Assembly (NCBI GenBank): GCA_903824855.1
Contig: CAIJYI010000041.1
Span: 27,159 to 91,158, forward strand
Reading direction: 5' to 3'
Source of the DNA: an uncultured bacterium
Lineage (GTDB): Bacteria > Patescibacteriota > Minisyncoccia > Phycocordibacterales > CAIJYI01
Length of the DNA: 64,000 bases
Under the pieces are notes generated by a model, which had not been told where the DNA came from, did not search any database, and was given only the letters and a program-made list of their open reading frames with translations. A program made the position numbers and the translations under genes. Below are positions 38,949 through 48,512 of the stretch, piece after piece; positions within the stretch are counted from its first letter, which is position 1; the number at the start of each line of letters is the position of its first letter.

Positions 38949-39086
38949 ATGACAAACAGAAAACATTTTCTCCTTATCGGAGTAACGTATCTTGCTCTCC
39001 TGATATTATTTTCAGTCACACAAACAAATGCAAATCCTTCAACGAGAAAGATTGGTCATTATCAAAATTCATCAGTGACGGAATAG
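38949..39086 (+). CDS. Putative 45-aa secreted peptide (not in the ORF track)
   Basis: MTNRKHFLLIGVTYLALLILFSVTQTNANPSTRKIGHYQNSSVTE; upstream TTGATA-N16-TATACT with extended TG. Confidence 0.45.
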   Translation: MTNRKHFLLIGVTYLALLILFSVTQTNANPSTRKIGHYQNSSVTE

Positions 39087-39117
39087 CAGTTGAAATAGTC
39101 TAAAAACACTTCAAGAA

Positions 39118-39774
39118 TTATATTTTCTTGAAGTGTTTTTTTGTATCGAAATATTTTTCAAATAAAATGATTCCAAGGGAAAGAGTGAAGAAACCAAGGG
39201 CATATCCTCCGAAGATATCACTGGCGTAATGAACACCGAGATACATTCGAGAGAACCCGATGATTATCATGAAGAAAATCCAACCGAGGAGAATAGTGGC
39301 GCGGGTTTTTTCGTCGGTATAACTTTGGGCGAGAATATAAGCAAGGACTCCGTAAAATACAACCGAAATATTTGTATGACCGCTCGGAAAAGAAAATGAT
39401 GTTTCGGTATAAACAGAGAGAAGAGAGGAAGGACGTAATCGTCCGATGATTTCTTTTAATGCGAAAACTAAAGCGGAGCTTCCGGCGACCGTTCCAATAA
39501 GAAGCAATATTTCCTCGCTTTTGTTCTTAATAAGAAGAATTATTCCAAAACAAAACATTGCAATGAAGACAAAAGCGGCGCTTCCGAGATAGGTAATTAT
39601 AAGAAACAAGTCATTGCCGATTGGTGTTCGCAAACCTTCGAGAAAAAGGAGAATATTTCTATCTATCGATTCTGTCATTCCCATTCCTATCATGAGGGTG
39701 AGTATCGCCAAAAAAACGCCGGTCGTGTAGACGACAGACCACAATTTTTTGGTGGAAATTTCAAACGAAATCAT
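39118..39774 (-). CDS. PAP2-family phosphatase (lipid phosphate phosphatase-like)
   Basis: K....R.RP, SFPSGH, SRMYLGVHY.SD. Confidence 0.92.
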   Translation of the reverse strand: MISFEISTKKLWSVVYTTGVFLAILTLMIGMGMTESIDRNILLFLEGLRTPIGNDLFLIITYLGSAAFVFIAMFCFGIILLIKNKSEEILLLIGTVAGSSALVFALKEIIGRLRPSSLLSVYTETSFSFPSGHTNISVVFYGVLAYILAQSYTDEKTRATILLGWIFFMIIIGFSRMYLGVHYASDIFGGYALGFFTLSLGIILFEKYFDTKKHFKKI

Positions 39775-39775
39775 T

Positions 39776-39849
39776 TGGTCGGGATGCCGGGAATCGAACC
39801 CGGTCTATACGAACCCGAATCGTATGTACTACCGGTATACTACATCCCG
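39776..39849 (-). tRNA. tRNA-Pro(CGG) with encoded CCA
   Basis: Acceptor CGGGATG/CATCCCG, anticodon arm TACGA-ttCGGgt-TCGTA, GTTCGATTC, 3' ACCA. Confidence 0.95.
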
Positions 39850-39969
39850 ATGACTTTACTAAGCTCGGCACTGATAAATATAGCACATCACGGAAAAAAC
39901 TCAAAGTTTAAAGAAAAAAAATAAACAAAAAAATACCGGAAATAGTCCGGTATTTTTTGGATGAAGATA

Positions 39970-40836
39970 TTAGAGAAGAGCGGAATCAAGTCCGTTGTTT
40001 GATGGGGTTACCTTAAATAATAAATCCAGGTATTCCCAATATTTTGTATTTCCACCTAATTCATTGGCACATTCTGTCGCTTCCGCTTCTAGTCTTGCTT
40101 TCGGATGAATACTATCGAGAGGGAAGTATCGGTAGACCCAGGCGACTTTTCCGCTGGCGCCATATTCCTTCATGATATCTATCATTGTTTGATGGAACAT
40201 TTTACTGAATGGACATTCGGTATCGGAGTATTCAACTATTTTGATATCTGCGCTCGGGTTTCCCGTAATACGGTCGTTGCTTGTTATTTCAGGAATATCT
40301 ATCGATACAGCGCCTTTTGGATCTCCGGTGAGGACTGATTCTATAAGTTGTTTCAATGAGGCGATTGGTTGTGCTCCGTTGATGACATATTTTTTACCAT
40401 TTTTTGCAATAAGAATACTGAATGGTGTCCCCGTGATTCCGGCTTTTTCTCCGGCTGATGATACGACTAAAATTGGTGCGGTGTATTTTCCGCTCGCTAG
40501 ACAGGCGGCAAAATCTTTTTTATTGAGATTAACTTCCGCTGAAATGGAACCTTTTTTGAGTTGAGCTAGTGCGGCGTCACTTGGCGATGCAACTTTCGGA
40601 ATAGACGGCGTCCTTGAACCGGTCCAGAGAATAGAACCCGCAACAATTATTCCTGCGATAATAATGGCGATGGGAACAGTAATGGAAGGGCTTTCTTTTA
40701 TTTGTGTCTGTGCCATTATCGGTTCGAAATTCTGATTTTCACTGATTGGAGCAGGAGAGTTTTTTGGCTCGTCAATCGTATTTTTTGGTGTATGTTTTGG
40801 CTGATCGTGTCTATGGTGTTTGCTATTGTAATTCAT
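39970..40836 (-). CDS. Membrane-anchored DsbA/thioredoxin-like protein, circularly permuted, CxxS
   Basis: GITGTP and INGAQP come before IVEYSDTECPFS and YFPLDSIH. Confidence 0.8.
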   Translation of the reverse strand: MNYNSKHHRHDQPKHTPKNTIDEPKNSPAPISENQNFEPIMAQTQIKESPSITVPIAIIIAGIIVAGSILWTGSRTPSIPKVASPSDAALAQLKKGSISAEVNLNKKDFAACLASGKYTAPILVVSSAGEKAGITGTPFSILIAKNGKKYVINGAQPIASLKQLIESVLTGDPKGAVSIDIPEITSNDRITGNPSADIKIVEYSDTECPFSKMFHQTMIDIMKEYGASGKVAWVYRYFPLDSIHPKARLEAEATECANELGGNTKYWEYLDLLFKVTPSNNGLDSALL

Positions 40837-40996
40837 AAAAATATGTGTTTTCTATTAATACCTTGGTATAAGCTCCGTCTATTGTATCATATCAAAAATC
40901 TTCGCGCCAACGGGGCAAAAATTTCACCTTGATTATTCGTGAAATTACGAATATAATTCTTCAATACTTCAAAAATTAACAAATAGTAATTTTTTC

Positions 40997-42412
40997 ATGA
41001 ATATTCGAAAAACTAAAATCGTGGCGACTATCGGTCCGGCGTCGGAGAATCCTCGAGAACTTGCCGGTATGATTAACGCGGGTATGAACGTGGCTCGTCT
41101 CAATTTTTCCCACGGATCCCACGAAGAATACATTGAGATTATTTCTCACATTCGCTCACTGTCGGAAAAACTTCATATTCCTGTTGCGATACTCCAAGAT
41201 TTATCCGGTCCGAAAATTCGTATCGGTACTTTTGAGACTGAGACCGTCACCTTAAAAAAAGATGCTGAATTTATTCTCACGACTGAACCGTATGTCGGAA
41301 ACGACGGGCGTGTTTTTGTGAATTATAAGAATCTTCCGAAGGAAATAGAGGAAGGGTCTCATATCATGCTCGATGACGGAAAAATTAAATTGCGCGTATC
41401 ATCTGTAAAAGGAAATGATATTCACTGCACCGTATCCATGGGCGGAATTATTCGCGGTGGAAGAGGAGTGAATGTCCCCGGGACAAGGCTTTCTATCGGA
41501 TGCCTGAGTAAAAAAGATAAAGATGACTTAGCTTTGGGTATTAAAGAAAAGGTTGATTTCGTTGCTCTTTCTTTTGTTCAATGTGCAGATGATATTCGAA
41601 GTTTGAGAAAAATCCTGCACGAACATAAATCAAAAGCACTCGTTATTGCAAAAATCGAAACGAAAGAGGCGGTAAAAAATATTGATCAAATTATTGAAGT
41701 TTCAGACGGTATCATGATTGCGCGCGGGGACCTTGCCGTTGAAATACCTGCGGAAGAGGTTCCTCTTATACAAAAACTGATTATAAAAAAATCCATTGCT
41801 GCGGGGAAGCCCGTTATTACCGCGACTCAGATGCTGGATTCGATGATTCATTCTTCTGTTCCTACTCGTGCTGAAGTAAGTGACGTTTCAAATGCGATAT
41901 TGGATGGAACGGATGCTATTATGCTTTCGGGGGAAACCGCCATGGGAGATCATCCTGTTTTAACCATTGAAACCATGTCTCGAATCGCGACCAGCATCGA
42001 AGAAAGTGAGCTGTTTCAGGAAGAAGTCGGACGATTTGCGCGCGTAACGATGGGGGTTGCTGATTCTGTCAGTCTTGCGGTAACGACGACAGCGGCAAAC
42101 ATTGGTGCAAAAGCTATTATTGCTCTTTCTGAAACCGGCTTTACTCCTCGAATGATTTCAAGATATAAACCGAAACAGCTGATATTTGTTTTCACTCCTC
42201 ATATTGAGACACGCAATCACGCATTGCTTAGTTTTGGATGTGTTCCCGAGATAACCCAACATTTTAAAGAATTGTCCGAAGCTACCGAATATGCGAAACG
42301 ATTTTTATCACATCGCAAAAATTTGAAAGAAGGAGACAAGTTTGTATTGTGCGCAGGAATCCCGTTTGGAAAAGCCGGAAACACGAATCTTCTTATGGCC
42401 TACACCATTTAA
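40997..42412 (+). CDS. pyk: Pyruvate kinase
   Basis: TKIVATIGPAS, RLNFSHG, IAKIE, ARGDL, ATQML.SM, PTRAE, MLSGETA. Confidence 0.97.
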   Translation: MNIRKTKIVATIGPASENPRELAGMINAGMNVARLNFSHGSHEEYIEIISHIRSLSEKLHIPVAILQDLSGPKIRIGTFETETVTLKKDAEFILTTEPYVGNDGRVFVNYKNLPKEIEEGSHIMLDDGKIKLRVSSVKGNDIHCTVSMGGIIRGGRGVNVPGTRLSIGCLSKKDKDDLALGIKEKVDFVALSFVQCADDIRSLRKILHEHKSKALVIAKIETKEAVKNIDQIIEVSDGIMIARGDLAVEIPAEEVPLIQKLIIKKSIAAGKPVITATQMLDSMIHSSVPTRAEVSDVSNAILDGTDAIMLSGETAMGDHPVLTIETMSRIATSIEESELFQEEVGRFARVTMGVADSVSLAVTTTAANIGAKAIIALSETGFTPRMISRYKPKQLIFVFTPHIETRNHALLSFGCVPEITQHFKELSEATEYAKRFLSHRKNLKEGDKFVLCAGIPFGKAGNTNLLMAYTI

Positions 42413-42427
42413 TATGGAGGAAAAAAT

Positions 42428-42658
42428 ATGTACGTAAAAGTAAAAGTCACTCCGGGATCAAAAAAGGAATTGTTTACAAAAATTTCAGATGATCATTTTG
42501 AAGCTTCTGTAAAAGAGAAAGCCGAGCGCAATATGGCGAATGACCGCGTAAGAGAATTGGTAGCTCTTCATTTCGGCATTCCAACAAAAAAAGCCAAACT
42601 CATTTCCGGTCATCATTCTCCATCAAAAATATTTTCCGTAGAAAAGGAAGGAGAGTAA
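42428..42658 (+). CDS. DUF167/YggU family protein
   Basis: V.V.P...K, A....AN, L.SG..S..K. Confidence 0.8.
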   Translation: MYVKVKVTPGSKKELFTKISDDHFEASVKEKAERNMANDRVRELVALHFGIPTKKAKLISGHHSPSKIFSVEKEGE

Positions 42659-42664
42659 AAAATA

Positions 42665-42693
42665 AACCCCGATGAATTTGATTCATCGGGGTT
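42665..42693. terminator. Bidirectional terminator
   Basis: aaccccgatgaat-ttg-attcatcggggtt between convergent genes. Confidence 0.8.
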
Positions 42694-42701
42694 GTTTTTG
42701 T

Positions 42702-43655
42702 TTAAGAGCTATTTTTAATTTGAATGACTTCAGCTGCGATACTCACGGCAATTTCTTCAGCGGTTTTACTTTTTATGGAAAGACCGATAGGGGATTTTAC
42801 ACGAAAGAGTAATGCTTCCGAAACACCGTCTTTTCGAAGCTTTTCAAAGATTTCAGCAACTTTTGTCTTGCTCGCCATCATGCCGAGATACTTCAAATCT
42901 TTATGAAGAAGACCCCGGAGTACCGTTTCGTCATGGAGATGACTCGGCGTCATAATGAAAGCGTAAGAGTTTTCTCCTTCTTTAACCATATTCGGAAGTG
43001 TTTCAAATGGAGAAATAATCAGTTCGTTTATATTGGAATTTTCTGTTATCGTATTGATAAACGGACGTTCGTCAAGAACAATAACTCGAAAACCAAGCGA
43101 AGAAAGAATTGGAGAGAGAGCAAGGCAAACATGACCGCCACCAAAAATATAGGCTCTATTTCTTTGGTCAATCACTTCTTCGTATAGCCAGTCGTTCTCC
43201 TTCATATTCGCAAACGAATAATTTTCGTGGCGTTTTTCTGAAAGACATTGAATTCCGGATGATGAAATACAAAAAACTTTCGGTGTCGAATTTTCAAAGG
43301 CAGATAAGCATTCTTCTAATACCGAAAGTGATTTTTCATTAATCGGACATATAACAACGCTCTGACTTCCACCGCATATCATTCCGGAAGAGTTTTCTCC
43401 CGCGGAAATTTTGTGAATTCGATGAAAATATTTGGGTTCCGATATTTTTTGTGCAATAAATTTTCTCGCCTTATTTACCATATTTTTTTCAATGGTACCG
43501 CCGCCGATGGTTCCCAAAAGAGAATCTTCTGTTACTGCCATCGAAAAGCCTTCTCGCCCCGGAGCATGTCCCGAAGAACAAACGACCGTGATGAGTGCGC
43601 AAGTTTTTTCATTTTGTATTGCGTTAACAAGAAATTGCAGAATTTCTTTTTTCAT
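42702..43655 (-). CDS. xdhC: XdhC/CoxF family Moco maturation chaperone
   Basis: G.AP..G, GTIGGG..E, MICGG, IFGGGHV, YLGMMAS, PIGL.I....EEIAVSI.AE. Confidence 0.9.
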   Translation of the reverse strand: MKKEILQFLVNAIQNEKTCALITVVCSSGHAPGREGFSMAVTEDSLLGTIGGGTIEKNMVNKARKFIAQKISEPKYFHRIHKISAGENSSGMICGGSQSVVICPINEKSLSVLEECLSAFENSTPKVFCISSSGIQCLSEKRHENYSFANMKENDWLYEEVIDQRNRAYIFGGGHVCLALSPILSSLGFRVIVLDERPFINTITENSNINELIISPFETLPNMVKEGENSYAFIMTPSHLHDETVLRGLLHKDLKYLGMMASKTKVAEIFEKLRKDGVSEALLFRVKSPIGLSIKSKTAEEIAVSIAAEVIQIKNSS

Positions 43656-44179
43656 TTAAACCACACGGCAGAAAGGGCGAAATAGATGGCCATGAGACCG
43701 GAGTAAATACAATTTGCAAGAAAACGGTGTTTATACTCAAGTTTATTTTGAATGACGTAATTTCCAAGAATTGTAATCGGAATTTGGTAAATAAATGAGG
43801 TGAATCCGGTATTTAAAAGGCTCCAGGAAATCTCGTACCATTTCCCCGATATGATGGCGACAAGTGCAATATGGCGGGCAATCCAAAGAGGATTGAAATA
43901 AGCCATGGCAAGAAGCATGCGGAGTATTTTTGTTTTCCAATTTTGTACTCGGCCATTAGTTATTCGATCGATAAATAAAAACCAATTTGGTATTTCTATC
44001 GCATACAAAGTACTCCCTATTAATGCAATACCAAGCATTCTATAGACGGAAAAATTTCCGGTAAGAAATGCGGCGATACTATCACCGATTGCATAAATAA
44101 AAATTCCTGAAATTATATTTTCATAGGAATAATTTATTCGTTTCATCCATTTTGGAGTGGGTAAATTTTCAAGTTTCAT
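43652..44179 (-). CDS. Mpv17/PMP22-like membrane protein
   Basis: GDSIA, R......G, W...ID, F.P, N...Q, RF pattern over about 4 TM helices. Confidence 0.55.
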   Translation of the reverse strand: MKLENLPTPKWMKRINYSYENIISGIFIYAIGDSIAAFLTGNFSVYRMLGIALIGSTLYAIEIPNWFLFIDRITNGRVQNWKTKILRMLLAMAYFNPLWIARHIALVAIISGKWYEISWSLLNTGFTSFIYQIPITILGNYVIQNKLEYKHRFLANCIYSGLMAIYFALSAVWFK

Positions 44180-44251
44180 AAGTAAATCTCCAATGATTTT
44201 CCATTGAATATATTATAATGCATGTGTTAATGTGTCAAATATAAATTAGCT

Positions 44252-44722
44252 TTAATATTCGACTTTATCGTTCTTTTCGGTCCAATCAGTAAATGCTTTG
44301 GTCGCTTCCTCGTCTTTTAGATGTTCAAAAGGAATGGAACGGCTCATGTATTCTTTCGCAATTTCTTCGTAAATAAATTGGTCGTCGAAACCGATATTTT
44401 TCGCATCTTCTTTTGTGCTTGAATAGTAAACTCTATCCGGTCGTGCCCAATAGATTGCACCGAGACACATCGGGCAAGGTTCGCAGGATGTGTAAACCTC
44501 ACAGCCATCGAGTTGAAAAGTTCCAAGCGTTTCGCAAGCATTTCTGATAGCGACAACTTCGGCATGTGCGGTTGGGTCATTGGAGGTCGTGACGTGGTTA
44601 GCTCCCTCGGCGATAATTTTACCGTCTTTTACAATAACGGCTCCAAAAGGACCACCTGTTCCGTTTGCGATATTTTCTCGCGCGAGTGCTCCCGCTCTTT
44701 TCATAAATTCCTGTTTTTCCAT
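44252..44722 (-). CDS. guaD: Guanine deaminase (cytidine-deaminase fold, B. subtilis GuaD type)
   Basis: GGPFGAVIV, DPTAHAE, SCEPCPMC, GFDD.FIY. Confidence 0.88.
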   Translation of the reverse strand: MEKQEFMKRAGALARENIANGTGGPFGAVIVKDGKIIAEGANHVTTSNDPTAHAEVVAIRNACETLGTFQLDGCEVYTSCEPCPMCLGAIYWARPDRVYYSSTKEDAKNIGFDDQFIYEEIAKEYMSRSIPFEHLKDEEATKAFTDWTEKNDKVEY

Positions 44723-44731
44723 AAAGTTGAA

Positions 44732-46990
44732 TTATTGATGATCATTAAAAAGTGATAATAATACTTTTTCCGGTGTAAGCGGGGTATCGAAGATGGTATT
44801 TATTTTTGGTCTGAAGGCTTTTATTGCATTTTGGAGTGCGAAGTATACGGCGAGTCCATACATGAACGGCGGTTCTCCGATAGCTTTTGAGTTAAGGGCG
44901 CCGGCGTTTGGCTCATCTGATTCAAGGAATTCAATGGAAATTTCTTTCGGAGAAAAATAGATGTCCGGTATTTTATATGAAGAAAGATCTTTTGTGAGAA
45001 GTTTACCTGTTTTTCCGTATACCAGTTCCTCCATGGTAAGCCAACCTATTCCTTGGAGTACGGCCCCTTCGATTTGTCCGCGGTCAATCACAGAATGAAT
45101 GCTTTGGCCTGCATCATGAATAATTTTCATTGACTCGACTTCATAGGTACCTCTCAAACAATCGAGATTTACTTCCGCTATGGCTGTGCCGAACGTGTGA
45201 TATGCAAAAGCGTCACCTTTTTCAATTTTTTTATCGAAAAATATTTTTGGCGTTGCGTAATGTGCGAGTGAAGATAATCCGATTCTTGAAAAGTAAACAT
45301 CATTCACAAGACTCGTCCAATTCCACTTTGTTTCTTTTCCGCCACAGAGAACTTTTTCATTTTTTATTTCAACCTGTTCGGGGGATGTCTCCAACTGGTC
45401 TGCAACAAACGCTTTGAGACGCGATAAAATATCTTCGCAAGCAATTCTCGTGGCGTTGCCGTTTAGGTCTGCTCCCGAGCTGGCTGCCGTGGGGCTCGTA
45501 TTTGCGTTTCTTGTAGTGTTGGTGCTTTCGCTTTTAATTCTTGAAATATCAATTGAAAATACGCGTGAGATTACCGTTCTTATTTTTGCATTAACGCCCT
45601 GACCCATTTCAATGGCTCCGGTGGTCACGCCGACGCTTCCGTCATTGTAAACATGAACAAGTGAAGATGCTTGATTGAGGAAGGTACTGGTAAATGAGAT
45701 TCCAAAACAAAGAGGCATAACGGCTACCCCTTTCTTTTTAGAAGGATGGCTTTCGTTCCACTTGTTTGCATTCTCCATTATGTCGGCAATGTCATATTTT
45801 TTATCTGCTTGTTCAAAACATTTTATTGCATTGTCGCTTAAGTTTTTCATTCCGTACGGAAATTCATCTCCTTTTTTTGAAAGATTCTTTTTTTGTAGAA
45901 CGACCGGATTAATACCAAGTTTTTCTGCCGCTTTCCAAATTGCAGACTCAAGCACGAGCATCGCCTGTGGGCCTCCAAAACCTCGATAGGCGGTATTTGG
46001 GACAAGGTTTGTTCGACAACACGCTGCGTAGGAACGGACGTTGGGAATGAAATAACTGCCGGTCGTGTGAAGAAGTGTTCTTTCTAATATTGCAGTTGAA
46101 AGATCGGCTGATGCTCCGGAGTTTTGGAAGAATTTCACATCGTATGCCAAAATCGTTCCATCTTTTTTAAGACCAATTTTGTAATCGGAAGAATAGGGAT
46201 GTCGTTTTCCTGTAATGCAAAGGTCTTCCTCTCTTTTGAGTACTATTTGAACCGGTTTCTTGAGAATCATTGCAGCAAGTGCCGCCATCGCCGCGTAAGG
46301 AGTCGCTTGATCTTCTTTTCCTCCGAATCCGCCTCCAAGACGAAGAACATCGACTTCAACTTGATGCATGGGAAGTCCTAAAATTCCTGCCGTCGTTTTT
46401 TGTACCGCCGTCGGGGATTGTGATGAAGAGTATACTTTTACTCCACCTCCTTCTTTTGGTGTGGCAAAAGCATTTTGTGTTTCAAGATAGAGATGTTCCT
46501 GTCCTCCGATTTCAACACTTCCCTCAACGATGCAATCGCAATTTTTCCACGCGCCTTCAATATCGCCAAGAGAAAAAGTTCTCGGGGGAGCAATAAAGCT
46601 TCCTTTTGCATGAGCTTCTCTCGGGGTAAAAATCGGAGGCAATTCCTCGTATACTACGCGGATTGAATTTGCCGCTTTCTTTGCGAGATCTCGCGATTCG
46701 GCGACAATTATGGCTATTGGTTGTCCGACATGATGGACTTCATTTTTTGCAAGTAGAGGTTCGTCCGCAATGATATTACCAATCTCATTATTTCCGGGAA
46801 TATCTTTTTCGGTAAAAATTCCTGCTACTCCCGGTATTTTTCGGGCATCATCAAAATTAATCGCGGATATTTTTGCATGCGCGGAAGTTGAGGTGAGAAT
46901 CGCAATATGCAACATCTCCATACCGGCAGCGCGATCTGCGGTAAATTCCGATTCGCCTTTTACGTGCAAAAGAACGTCGTAGTCTTTCAT
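44732..46990 (-). CDS. xdhB: Xanthine dehydrogenase, molybdopterin-binding subunit
   Basis: QEHLYLETQ, GGGFGGKE, AYRGFGGPQ, EMGQG, SPTAAS, GQIEG, SKAIGEPP. Confidence 0.93.
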   Translation of the reverse strand: MKDYDVLLHVKGESEFTADRAAGMEMLHIAILTSTSAHAKISAINFDDARKIPGVAGIFTEKDIPGNNEIGNIIADEPLLAKNEVHHVGQPIAIIVAESRDLAKKAANSIRVVYEELPPIFTPREAHAKGSFIAPPRTFSLGDIEGAWKNCDCIVEGSVEIGGQEHLYLETQNAFATPKEGGGVKVYSSSQSPTAVQKTTAGILGLPMHQVEVDVLRLGGGFGGKEDQATPYAAMAALAAMILKKPVQIVLKREEDLCITGKRHPYSSDYKIGLKKDGTILAYDVKFFQNSGASADLSTAILERTLLHTTGSYFIPNVRSYAACCRTNLVPNTAYRGFGGPQAMLVLESAIWKAAEKLGINPVVLQKKNLSKKGDEFPYGMKNLSDNAIKCFEQADKKYDIADIMENANKWNESHPSKKKGVAVMPLCFGISFTSTFLNQASSLVHVYNDGSVGVTTGAIEMGQGVNAKIRTVISRVFSIDISRIKSESTNTTRNANTSPTAASSGADLNGNATRIACEDILSRLKAFVADQLETSPEQVEIKNEKVLCGGKETKWNWTSLVNDVYFSRIGLSSLAHYATPKIFFDKKIEKGDAFAYHTFGTAIAEVNLDCLRGTYEVESMKIIHDAGQSIHSVIDRGQIEGAVLQGIGWLTMEELVYGKTGKLLTKDLSSYKIPDIYFSPKEISIEFLESDEPNAGALNSKAIGEPPFMYGLAVYFALQNAIKAFRPKINTIFDTPLTPEKVLLSLFNDHQ

Positions 46991-48417
46991 AGAGATAAAA
47001 TATTTTGATTAATTGTTTTTGGTGATAATTCGATGAAATGTGAAAGAAGTAAGTTTCTGAGTAATAAGCGCTTATATTTCTCGGTACCGCGGACATCGCT
47101 TATTGGTGAAATTTCTTCGTTTGCGATTTTAAGCGCGTCTTTAATTATAGATTCTTCAATTTTCTTTCCCGTTAAATATTCGCATGTTTTAGAAAGATAC
47201 AAAGGTGTTGGTCCGACTCCGCCGGCAGAGATCCCGACTTTTTCAATGATGTGTTTTTTGACGGTTATGCAAATACCTGTGTTGACGCTTGCAATATCAA
47301 GATATTTTCTTTTAGAAACCTTTTCAAAATGCAAAAAAGTATTTTTATCGGGAACATTGATGATTATCCATTCTAGAATTTCGTTGTCTTTTTTGTCCAT
47401 TGTTTTGTATCCTTTGTAGAATTCGCGAAGAGGGATTTCCCGTTTGTTTATTCCGTCTGAAAAAGAAAGAATAGCATCCATTGCGAGAAAGAAAACCGTC
47501 ATGTCTCCTATGGGGGAAGCATTGATTATATTTCCGGCGACGGTTGCTCTATTTCGAATCGGAAGGGAAGCGATAAGTTGAAAAACGTTCTTCCCCTGCG
47601 GGTAGATTTTTTCCATAATCTTTGACGTGCGTAATTCTTCAAACGTGACGGCACCGCCAATATAACATTTGCCTTCATTGAGAAAAATTTCACGCAAATC
47701 TTTTCTTTCGGAAATAAAATAGATGTCTTGATTTTCAAGGATATCTCTTTTTTGAATCGCAATATCGGTTCCTCCGCCGGCAATTATTTTGTGTGATGAA
47801 AGAATGGGGATTCCTGCCGGTTGCATCCCTTTTATTTTTTTGTGGATTTCTTTGAAATAGGAGGGGAGTATGTTTTCATCAATAAGAAGCTTTACACGAG
47901 CGGCGCTTCCGGGTTTGGTTTTTTTGAAATCGGAGGAATTGAGTTTTTTGAGAATAGCGAATAGTGCGCGTTTAATGGAGACATATCCCGTACATCGGCA
48001 AATATTCCCGGAAACGGATTGAATGGCTTCTTCCTTATCCAAATCGGTGGTGGTCATGAGAAAACCCGTAAAAGCTATGATGAATCCGGGTGTGCAGAAA
48101 CCACACTGCGCGGCAAACTCAGTCGCGAACGTTTCTTGAATCAAACTTAAACGTTTTTGATTTAATCCCTCTATGGTAACAACGTGTTTACCGGAAAGTT
48201 CTCCTGTCGGCAAAAGACAAGAATTAATAGCTTTGTAACGCAGTGTCGATTCGCCGATATTTTCTCCTAGAAGTACCATACAGGCACCGCAATCACCCTC
48301 ACCACATCCTTCTTTTGAACCCTGCAGATGAAGATTTTCACGTATCGTCTTTAGTGTCGCTTTTCCGTCACGAAGGTTAAGCGAAATCTCCTTATCATTG
48401 ATAATAAATGAAGTCAT
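46987..48417 (-). CDS. xdhA: Xanthine dehydrogenase small subunit (2Fe-2S + FAD)
   Basis: GCGEGDCGAC, QCGFCTPG, NICRCTGY, GGTD, IRNRAT.GN, PISDVRG. Confidence 0.93.
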   Translation of the reverse strand: MTSFIINDKEISLNLRDGKATLKTIRENLHLQGSKEGCGEGDCGACMVLLGENIGESTLRYKAINSCLLPTGELSGKHVVTIEGLNQKRLSLIQETFATEFAAQCGFCTPGFIIAFTGFLMTTTDLDKEEAIQSVSGNICRCTGYVSIKRALFAILKKLNSSDFKKTKPGSAARVKLLIDENILPSYFKEIHKKIKGMQPAGIPILSSHKIIAGGGTDIAIQKRDILENQDIYFISERKDLREIFLNEGKCYIGGAVTFEELRTSKIMEKIYPQGKNVFQLIASLPIRNRATVAGNIINASPIGDMTVFFLAMDAILSFSDGINKREIPLREFYKGYKTMDKKDNEILEWIIINVPDKNTFLHFEKVSKRKYLDIASVNTGICITVKKHIIEKVGISAGGVGPTPLYLSKTCEYLTGKKIEESIIKDALKIANEEISPISDVRGTEKYKRLLLRNLLLSHFIELSPKTINQNILSL

Positions 48418-48512
48418 CGTATTTTTTAAAAATTAAAATGATGTAACTATTTTTTTAGTATAATTGAATTTGAACAGAAAACAAAATTAAAAAGTGATTA
48501 TTTTTTTGAAAA

